From Anthoceros angustus (taxonomy: Eukaryota > Plantae > Anthocerotophyta): a stretch of 64,000 nt of DNA. The position numbers and the translations under genes are program-made. Every line of letters starts with the position of its first letter. Within the stretch, counting starts at the first letter, position 1. This document shows, one piece after another, positions 49,601 through 59,500 of this stretch. Under the pieces are notes generated by a model. That model ran no database searches. It saw only the letters and a program-made list of their open reading frames with translations, and was not told where the DNA came from. The stretch spans positions 1,240,001-1,304,000 of the forward strand of contig VJWM01000025.1 of the NCBI GenBank assembly GCA_010909165.1. The letters are read 5' to 3'.

Positions 49601-51312
49601 ACAGCTGACGAGTCAGTCCTCGATTCCAAGGCCCCGGTTTTGAATAGTTACAGCAGATCACATGGAATGAGAAACAGGGCCACTGTAGTACCCTCGTTCA
49701 GTAGAGTGCAAACATTGCAACGCCACCTTCTTCCACCATCCAGAAAAACCACGTATGGATTTATATAGGTGCGACACCGCCTGCATCTCACGATATTTGA
49801 AGCCCCAAAATTGACAACCGGTACTTCTTCCTGAGAAATTAAACCAGAGGTCACTAAAGCCAACCAACAAGCAAACACATCTACAAAAGCGCAAGGCAGC
49901 CTACAACCTCAGCTGTACCAAATTTCACTAAAATCACAACGAACTCGGGAGGAAGTCCTACCCCCTTGGGAGCTTCAGCAAGAGGATGAACGATGGTCCC
50001 AAGAGGAAGATGCCAGCGAGAGAGGAGTGAATTCGAATTAGGCATGGCATTAGTAGTCAAGCGCATGAATCGAGGATGACAGTTGGCCACATATGCGCGA
50101 TCGGTGGAGTCTGACTGGTCCGACGGCCGTGGGAGGACGGCAGGATCAATCGCTGTGTCCACGGCCCCTGGACCGGGCACAACAGACAGTGACTGAAAAT
50201 CTTCCTGCACAAGTTGCATACTCGAATTTTGAGTTGTAGGATAAACTCCCACGACTGGAGACCCGTCCCGTGCAGATCCGCCATAAGCTGGAGCTCCTCC
50301 GGCAGCACCATAAGGACCAGGAGTGGAGCCCATCGGCGGCGCCTGCGGTCTTCCGAAGGAGGAAGCTTGGGGGGGAGGACCAGGTCCATAGGTCGGCGGT
50401 CCTCCATACGGAAAGCTCGTCGGAGGGGCCGACGGATACCTAGTTCCCAGGGCAGGAGGGGGGGCGGGAGGGGCACCAAAATCCTGTCCTTGCGTGTAGG
50501 GAGGGGGCCCCTGAGTGGGAGGGGGTCCAACCGCCCTGATGCCCCCGGGAAGAGAGGGAGGAGGAGGAGGACCCGAGCTCACCACTCCCGTGCCTGGCAA
50601 TCTGGGAGGGGGCCCCATGGGGACAGGCGGAGCGGCCTGTGGTTGGGCGAACGGAGCAGCTGAGGGAGGAGGCGAAGGACGGAACATGGGAGGAGGAGCA
50701 GCCCCGGCAAGCGGGGGAGCCGATGGGAATGGCCCGCTCTGTCCCGGCCCCAGTCCCGGTGGAGCTCCAAAAGGAGGAGGCCTGGAAAACTGGGATCCGG
50801 GAACGGGACCAGAAGCCGAAGGCCCTGCATATCCTGTTGCCGGGGGAAACCCCCCCAAAGAAGCACCTGCTGCCTGCAATCCTGGAGGCCCTGGAAGGCC
50901 TGTTGGAGGACCTGGAAGTCCTGTAGGAGGCCCTGGAAGTCCTGTAAGTGGCCCTGGAGCTTGGAGGGCATTGTAAGGCCCCGGGACCTGCTGCGGAGGC
51001 TTCACGCCTCCGATCGGCTGCTGCGCAAACGGCGATTGTCCAGAAAACGGTGGCGGCACCGATCCGGGTCCAGGCTGCGCGGAAGGGATTCCCAAAGGCC
51101 CCGTCTGCCGTGGCCCCGTGCCGAAGAGCGGAGGAGGCCTCGAAACAAGTGGTGCACCTGCAACATCCATCTCCAATTCAAGCTCCAGCGCCACAATTCC
51201 GCATCAACCCTAGCCCTGCGGCAGGCAGTAGCTCACCTGCGTACGAGAAGCGTGGCCCGCCGGATGACAACGAGGAGCCCGGCTCTGAGCCCGGAACTTG
51301 ATCCGCGTCCAT
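46662..51312 (-). CDS. SEC24: COPII coat cargo adaptor Sec24 (Sec24A-like), multi-exon
   Basis: Pro-rich N-terminus, [11 protein letters not shown], Zn finger [12 protein letters not shown]...[56 protein letters not shown], gelsolin-like C-terminus. First exon 51312-51237 splices in frame. Confidence 0.95.
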
Positions 51313-51789
51313 AGCTCCCGCTTCTGCCTCCACTCCCAGATGCTCTACTTCACTGAACTACACTACACTACACTCCACTCCAATAACCTTTAATTGCATT
51401 CCGCCCCGCCGTCACAGCCCTGGTTAACTAAACACAGTCTCACCACAAGGGCAACGAGGTACATACGTACCTCACACCGAGATCGAGGTCGATGTTGATA
51501 ACCCTTACAAACATTGCCTCCACAATGGTATTTTCAATGAGCTCTAGGACCAGCAGCTCTGGTGAATGAGTTCAAGGATGCGGGCGCTCAAGGACGAACA
51601 GTTCTAGGATGCGGGCGGGCAGTTGATGTGAATGAGTTGTACTTGTGGTTTCAACTCATGTGGTTGAAATAGACCCTACTCATACACTGTCTGCAAGCAT
51701 ATCATCAACCCTTGGGATGCATTACAGCAAACATTCACAAGCCAGGCTTTCGTTCACAAGCCATGCTTTCATTCGCTTTACCATTGAGA

Positions 51790-51925
51790 TTCATGGGCCA
51801 TGACCAAGGATTTCTGGGTTTATCAAAGCTTGTGTTCATGGGCCATGGCCAAGGATTTCTGGGTTTATCAAAGCTTGTCTTCATGGGCCATGGCCACGGA
51901 TTTCTGAGTTTGTCAAAGCTTGTGC
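51790..51925. repeat. 45-bp tandem repeat, 3 copies
   Basis: ttcatgggccatggccaaggatttctgggtttatcaaagcttgtg. Confidence 0.85.
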
Positions 51926-51959
51926 TAAAGCATGCAAGAATGGGGTAGGTTAGGTTTCC

Positions 51960-52810
51960 CTCTTTTCTGTGTGGTGGTTTTGTGTGATGGCTTTCTTCCA
52001 ACAATGAGTATCCATTGCAGAGAGCTTTCTTCCGACAACCAGTTTCCATTGCTCTACAAACTATGTTGGCAAACACAATTTTAAGAACAGCTTGGAACGT
52101 GAGGAACGTAACATCTTCATTTCTATGTGGTGGCTTTCTTCTGACAATGAGTATCCATTTCAGAGGGCTTTCTTCCGGCAACCAGCAACTTCAAACGTGA
52201 GGAATGTAACATCTTTCATTTCTATGTAGTGGCTTTGTGTGGTGGCTTTGTGTGGTGGCTTTCTTCCGACAACCAGTTTCCATTGCTCTACAAACTATGT
52301 TGGCAAACACAATTTTAAGAACAGCTTGGAACGTGAGGAACGTAACATCTTCATTTCTATGTGGTGGCTTTCTTCTGACAATGAGTATCCATTTCAGAGG
52401 GCTTTCTTCCGGCAACCAGCAACTTCAAACGTGAGGAATGTAACATCTTTCATTTCTATGTAGTGGCTTTGTGTGGTGGCTTTGTGTGGTGGCTTTCTTC
52501 CGACAACGAGTATCCATTTCAAAGGGCTTTCTTCTTGCAACGGCATTCGAAAGAAGAATTAGAAAGTGCGGCGGCTGAAAGACGCGCTGTTGCTATTGCC
52601 GCGCTCCCTCGGAAAGCCGCCTCTTTTACCTTTCATTTACTGTGCACACGAACGCAACTAGTATCCATTGCTTTGCAAACGGTGTTGGCAAATATAATTT
52701 TCAGAATAGCTTCGAATGCGAGGAATGTAACGTCTTCAGCACAGCTTCGAATGCGAGGAATGTAACATCTTCAGCACAGCTTCGAATGCGAGGAATGTAA
52801 CATCTTCAGC
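51960..52810. repeat. Complex tandem repeat region (~234-bp duplication; 35-bp unit x3 at ~52710-52810), probably a TE remnant
   Basis: Duplicate ORF translations at 52015 and 52237; ttcgaatgcgaggaatgtaacatcttcagcacagc repeated. Confidence 0.7.
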
Positions 52811-53469
52811 TCCGGTGTTTAGTAGCCCTTCCTTATTCCAGACTTTGACATTTTGGGAACGATAGGTAGCTTCAGAGTAGATGTTCGAGGGTCTAGGTTC
52901 CCTTGGCCCAGGCTGGGAGCTAGGCCTCCTCGGTCTGAAGGGTTGTTCAACTTGTTCTCCATCGCCCCAATATAGGTGGGGCTTCCATCTCTGCATATTG
53001 ATATAGTCTCCGTGTTCACTCTCAACAAAGCTTAAAAAGAAAAAGGTATGTAGTCCTAACTAGGATGTCCACTTGGGTCCATATGTGGAGTTAGGTGTGA
53101 GGATGTACATATACAGATATAATATTTAAATTATGCCTACTATACAGTGACATACAAGATGACACACGGTGCTATGTCCTCAGATTTCATCATGAGAGTT
53201 GAATCATACATATCGCCTAAGATTTCATCATGAGAGTCAAATCATACATGCTGCCTCGTAAACAATATGGATAGATTGGTCTAATCCGATTGGTTTCACA
53301 CATACCCGGTGATCACATGTATGAATTGACCCCGAATCAGGTGCCAAATATGAATGAGGTTCTTGCATTACTAATATATATATATATATATATATTTAAT
53401 TTGGTATTTTGAAAATAAATCAAAATAATCCCGAGGGACCTCGCTCATTCCCCTATGTTACATGTCGTA

Positions 53470-53573
53470 TCATCCAAACTGAAAGAGACTATACTCTTCC
53501 CAACGTCATCTGAATACGTGCCATCCAAACTGGAAGAGACTATACTCTTCCCAACGTCATCTGAATACGTGCC
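53470..53573. repeat. ~51-bp tandem duplication
   Basis: catccaaactg(a/g)aagagactatactcttcccaacgtcatctgaatacgtgc twice. Confidence 0.8.
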
Positions 53574-54101
53574 TAGATACCATCGCAGGTTATGTGGGAC
53601 TTGGAAAAAACTCCCTTACCCACTAAAACTCCCCAACTTTACCTTTAAAATTTGTCAAAGTTTGTGACATATATATTTATTGCATTGCAATTTTTATTCC
53701 GACCATAACAATGGAACTAGTCGTATGTGTTGACACTTGGAATGACCACCTCCTACGAAAAATGAGGTCATTGCGGTGTTCACTCTATCCCTGTCCAAAG
53801 AAAGACATGGACATAAACGGCTGACCCTGATCGACATATCTATCAGAAGCCCATGAATCTGTCGCGCTCTGGAATATGTTTGAAGATTTAACTAGGAGAA
53901 GAAGAAGACCAAGCAAGAGAGCTTCAACCAAGCACACTTACTAATTAAAATATCAATTTGCGTCCAGGACCTGGAAAGCATAATCTGCTGGGTCCCCAGT
54001 ATAAAAGCCGTGTGCACTATCCTGGTATTGTCATACCCGGTACCTGGGCAACTTGCCAGAGTCTCTTGTTAGAATCATGCTCCGACTCTGGTCTCTGAAC
54101 G

Positions 54102-57100
54102 ATGGCCACCGTATGGCAACCCGATTCATTGTGGACCCATCAAAGCGGAGTGTGTACAGGGATTCTACCACAAGCTCCCGCTCGCCTCACCTCAGGAACT
54201 CAACCCCTGGCAAACAAGCAAGCCTCCAGGTGCAGCAGTGCAAGGAGCCCAGCAATTCCACTTTCGAGAAAATGTGTGGGTGTGGACGGGTTTCCCAGCG
54301 ATGGTCGTGGCCAGGAGCAGGAGCACTTGTGGCAACAATTGTTTCTGGACCCTTCCATGTGGTGGGACAACAGACGGGGTAAAATGAGCTCCCGTTCCCC
54401 TGACTTCCGGCGTAAGGGATCTGGCGAGGTCCTGTGGTTAAACGACATGTTCAAACCAGCTTGGGTTGATGGGCAGCTCGTTTCCTTGGATATGCAGATG
54501 GGTCATGGTGCCTCTCCTTCCAAGTCGAGTTCTCCGGATAAGCCTGAACTTGGCAGGCGTGCAGGATCGGAAATGGGCGCCGTAACGGCTAGAACCGTGA
54601 CCCTGTTATGTCAGCAGGGGAAGCTTTCAGAGGCCGTTGGAGCCCTGGAGTTTCTGGCGCAAACAGACTCTGTTATTTCGCAGTCTCTGTTTTACACAGT
54701 GGTGAAAGAGTGTACAGCTAAGAGGGATTTGGTTGCGGGGCGACGAGTTCATGATCTAACTGTCAAACTTGGGTACGAGTCGAATGCGTACTTGGGGAAC
54801 CATATCTTGCGCATGTATGCATGTGGAGGTAGGCTAGAGGAGGCCAGGAATGTGCTCACCAGGGTGGGCAAAGCAGATGCCTTCATGTGGTCTTCCATAA
54901 TCTCTGCATACGCTAAGCATGGGAAACCTAATGAGGCCGTACAGCTGTACCATGAGATGCGTAGGTCAGGAGTGAAGGCGGATTCTCACGTCTTTGTAGC
55001 TGCCCTTCAAGCTTGTGCATTTGCCGCTGACTTGGAATCTGGCAGAAAGGTGCACTGTGATGTATTGCACAGTGGCATTCCTCCAGACTTGTTTGTTGGC
55101 ACCTGCCTGGTGGACATGTATGCAAAGTGTGGTGAACTGAAAGATGCACACCAGGTTTTTGATAGATTGGCCTCCAAGAACGTGGTGACATGGAATGCGC
55201 TGATAGCTGGGTATGCCCAGCAAGGGCTCGGGCATGAGGCGCTTGTTGTGTATGGACAGATGGAGCTGGAGGGCCTGATTTTGGCTAATGACGTTACTTT
55301 TGCTTGCCTTTTGAAGGCCTGTGCAAGCAGTGGTGCGTTACAGAAGGGCAGGCAGCTGCACTCACAGATTGTCGAAAGAGGAGTGCTGGTTAACGTAGTG
55401 TTGGGCAACTGCCTGGTGGACATGTATGCAAAATGTGGTGAACTGGAAGATGCACGCCAGGTTTTTGACAGCTTGGCCACAAAGGATGTGGTGACATGGA
55501 ATGCCCTGATTGCTGGGTATGCACAGCAAGGGCTCGGACATGAGGCGCTTGTTGTATATGGACAAATGGAGGAGGCGGGCCTCATTTTGGCTAATCATGT
55601 TACTTTTGCTTGCCTTCTGAAGGCCTGTGCAAGCACTGGTGCCTTACAGAAGGGCAGGCAGCTGCACTGATTGTCAAGAGGACTGCTGGATGACGTAGTG
55701 GGCAACTGCCTGGTGGACATGTATGCAAAATGTGGTGAACTGGAAGATGCACGCCAGGTTTTTGACAGCTTGGCCACAAAGGATGTGGTGACATGGACGC
55801 CCTGATTGCTGGGTATGCACAGCAAGGACTCGGCCAAGAGGCGCTTGTTGTATGGACAAATGGAGCAGGAGGGCCTGATTTTGGCTGACCATGTTACTTT
55901 TGCTTGCCTTCTGAAGGCCTGTGCAAGCACTGGTGCCTTACAGAAGGGCAGGCAGCTGCACTCACAGATTGTTGAAAGAGGACTGCTGGATGACGTAGTG
56001 GTGGGCAACTGCCTGGTGGACATGTATGCAAAATGTGAACTGGAAGATGCACGCCAGGTTTTTGACAGCAGCCACAAAGGATGTGGTGACATGGAATGCC
56101 CTGATTGCTGGGTATGCACAGCAAGGACTCGGACATGAGGCGCTTGTTGTATGGACAAATGGAGCAGGAGGGCCTGATTTTGGCTAACCATGTTACTTTT
56201 GCTTGCCTTCTGAAGGCTGAAGGCCTGTGCACTGGTGCCTTACAGAAGGGCAGGCAGCTGCACTCACAGATTGTTGAGAGGACTGCTGGATGACGTAGTG
56301 TTGGGCCTGCCTGGTGGACATGTATGCAAAATGTGGTGAACTGGAAGATGCACAGGTTTTTGACAGCAGCCACAAAGGATGTGGTGACATGGACGCCCTG
56401 ATTGCTGGGTATGCAGCAAGGCTCGGACATGAGGCACTTGTTGTGTATGGACAAATGGAGCAGGAGGGCCTGATTTTGGCTGACCATGTTACTTTTGCTT
56501 GCCTTCTGAAGGCCTGTGCAAGCACTGGTGCCTTACAGAAGGGCAGGCAGCTGCACTCACAGATTGTCGAAAGAGGACTGCTGGATGACGTAGTGTTGGG
56601 CAACCGCCTGGTGGACATGTATGCAAAGTGTGGTGAATTGAAAGATGCACGCCAGGTTTTTGACAGCATGGCCACAAAGGATGTGGTGACATGGAATGCC
56701 CTGATATCTGGGTATGCCCAGCAAGGGCTCGGACATGAGGCACTTGTTGTGTATGGACAAATGGAGCAGGAGGGCCTGATTTTGGCTAACCGTGTTACTT
56801 TCGCTTGCCTTCTGAAGGCTTGCGCTAGCACTGGTGCCTTACAGAAGGGCAGGCAGCTGCACGCACAGATTGTTGAGAGAGGACTGCTGCATGACAGACT
56901 AGTGGGCAACGGCCTGGTGGACATGTATGCAAAATGTAGTGAACTGGAAGATGCACACCAGGTTTTTGACAGCTTGGCCACAAAGGATGTGGTGTCATGG
57001 ACGGCGCTGATTTCTGGGTATGCCCAGCAGGGGCTCGGACATGAGGCACTTCTTTTGTATGGACAAATGGAGCAGGAGGGCCTGATTTTGGCAAACCATG

Positions 57101-58209
57101 TTACTTTTGTTTGCCTTCTGAAGGCCTGTGCTAGCACTGGTGCCTTACAGAAGGGTAGGCAGCTGCACTCGCAGATTGTTGACAGAGGACTGCTGGATGA
57201 CGTAGTGTTGGGCGTCTGCCTGATGGACATGTATGCAAGATGTGGTGAACTGGAAGATGCACGCCGGGTTTTCGACTGTTTGGCCACAAAGAACGTGGTG
57301 ACATGGAATGCTCTGATATCTGGGTATGGTGCCTGTGATGACGGTCACAGAGCACTAACTTGTTTTGAGGAGATGTTAGTTGCCGGTATTCGGCCTGATG
57401 CTGCCACTTTTACTTGCCTTCTAGTAGCATGCAGTCATGAGGGACTGGTCCATGAGGGTCGCAAGTACTTTGATTCAATGGCTGAACAGTATGGTATCAA
57501 ACCAACTATTGAGCATTACAGTTCCATGGTTGATCTGCTTGGGCGTGCGGGACATTTAGATGAGGCTGAGAAGATGCTGTTGTCATGTGAGGGCCAAAGT
57601 AATGTTGTGGGTTTTACGTCTTTGCTGAATGCGTGCAAAAGTCACGGGGATGTAGAGAGGGCGATATGGTGTTTTGAGAGGCTGGTGAAACTGGACCCCC
57701 AGCTGGCGCCCGCCTACGTGCTCATGGCCAATGTCTACGCAGATGCCGGTAGGTGGACGGATGTAGATAGGATTGAAAGACAGAGAATGGTAGCAGGAGC
57801 TAACAAGAAACCTGCAGTGGCGAGCATTGAGGTGAATAAGCAGGTACATAGATTTCTGGTGGGAGAAAGGAGGGAGGACATTGCCCTTAAGGTAGAGAGC
57901 ACGAATGCACGTCTCAAACAGGAAGGAGGCCACATACCTCACACAAAGCTGGTGTTGAAGCCACTGTGTGAGAAGGAAAAGGAAGATGCGCTTTGTGGGC
58001 ATGCTGAGAAGCTAGCCCTGGCGTTTGGTCTTTTGAACACTCCCAGTGGGACACCCCTGGTGGTAACGAAGAATCTACGCATGTGCAGTGACTGCCACAG
58101 TTCCACGGAGATCATGTCAAGGCTTGAACAGAGAGACATTGTTGTAAGGGATGGGTACCGTGTGCATCGATTCGCAGCTGGTTCTTGCAGTTGTAAGGGT
58201 CGACCGTGA
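54102..58209 (+). CDS. PLS-PPR protein with N-terminal PDF-like motif and GRP-type DYW:KP domain; candidate U-to-C editing factor; apparent frameshifts at ~55668-56420
   Basis: ORFs 54102-55670 and 56314-58209 are joined by a continuous 306-bp repeat array; KKPAVASIEV, HAEKLA, CSDCH, CSCKGRP*; TATA-like TATAAAA at 54000. Confidence 0.88.
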
Positions 58210-58371
58210 GAATAATGAAGGAACTAACCAGTGCTCAAGTGTGTACGTCAGACTTGCGTACTCATTTGAGCACTGGATAGTCTGGCATCTCCAGAGAACA
58301 CCGCTTTGCATCGTTCGGGTGTTTGATTTTCTCCGTCCTGTAGAAAAACTGTTCACTGTGAGGAGACAAGT

Positions 58372-58418
58372 ATCCCTACACACTGCCTGTTACGCAGTAA
58401 CAGGCAGTGTGTAGGGAT
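58372..58418. repeat. Perfect inverted repeat: 22-bp stem with a GCA loop
   Basis: ATCCCTACACACTGCCTGTTAC-GCA-GTAACAGGCAGTGTGTAGGGAT. Confidence 0.95.
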
Positions 58419-58427
58419 CCACTTTTC

Positions 58428-59135
58428 ATGGTGATATGGACGCCAGATTCCTGCGTATGCACAGCAAGGGTTCAACCAAGAGGCACTTGTTGTCTGTTGG
58501 TAAATCCAGCAGCAGGGCCTGATTTTGGCTAGAGATGTTCATTTTGCTTGCCTACTGAAGGCCCGTGCAAGCACTGGTGCCTTACAGAAGGGCAGGCACC
58601 TGGACTCACAGACTGTCGGGAGAGGACTGCCGGATGAAATACTGGTGGGCAGGTGGACGTGCATGCAGAATGTGGTGAACTGGAAAATTCACGCCTGGTT
58701 TTTTGACGGCTTGGCCTCAACGAATGTGGTGACATGGATGGCGCTGACTGCTGGGTATGCACAGCAATGACTCGGCCAAGAGGAGCTTGTTGTGCATGGA
58801 CTAATGGAGGATGAGGTCCCGCTTGTGGCTAACGATGTTACTTTGACTTGCCTTCTCAAGGCCTGTGCGAGCAATCAATGGTGCGATACATAACTGCAGG
58901 CAGCTGCACTCACGCATTGTTGAACGAGGAATGCCATACGACATACTGGTGGGCACCTGCCTGGTAAGGATGTGTGGAAAATGCGGTGAACTGAAAGATG
59001 CACGCTAGGTTTTCGAAAGCTTGGCTACAAGGGATGTTGTGACATGGAATGCCCTGATACCTGAATATGTCACAGCAGGACTGCAGCAAGAGGCGCTGTT
59101 CCGTATGCACTACTGGAGCAAGAGGGCCTGCTTGT
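58428..59135 (+). pseudogene. Detached, decayed PLS triplets (about 2.3 units) of the same 306-bp repeat family
   Basis: FACLLKARASTGALQKGRHLDSQ, NVVTWMALTAGYAQQ* and ATRDVVTWNALI, with substitutions, stops and indels. Confidence 0.85.
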
Positions 59136-59500
59136 GGCCAAAGATGTCCATGATTCTGCTCTGGTTGAACTGGTCAGCTCTGGTAGGTTCCTCATTTCCC
59201 AGTGCGCCTGCTGATGTCAACTCAAGTCTGTTGATGATGCTAAGATGTTCTCTTCTGTTTGAGACAGAAACCCATTTTGCTTCTCACGTTGGGGGGGACA
59301 TGCACATGTGTGTGTATGTCTTACACCTATGTACACATCAGTAAATGAAATTTTCATAAATAAATCTTTCTGCAATTTTATGTCCATGGCCATGCATCAG
59401 TGTGCGTGGGGATGGGAGTTAAGCAAACCCAAAGTCCCCCACGAGACAAGCAAAATTCTTTGGAGTACACGCATGAGCACTGGCTAGTCCTCCATCATTC

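Noticed and set aside
51735-52765. Repeated ORFs in the Sec24-PPR intergenic region
   Set aside because: Translations of tandem DNA repeats with no protein signature.
56193-57287. Long repetitive ORFs antisense to the PPR arrays (also 62300-63244)
   Set aside because: A stop-free reverse frame of the 306-bp unit, multiplied by tandem repetition.
58372-58440. Hairpin as a Helitron 3' end or miRNA precursor
   Set aside because: No CTRR a short distance downstream on either strand. It is too short for a typical plant pre-miRNA and matches no conserved miRNA I recognise.
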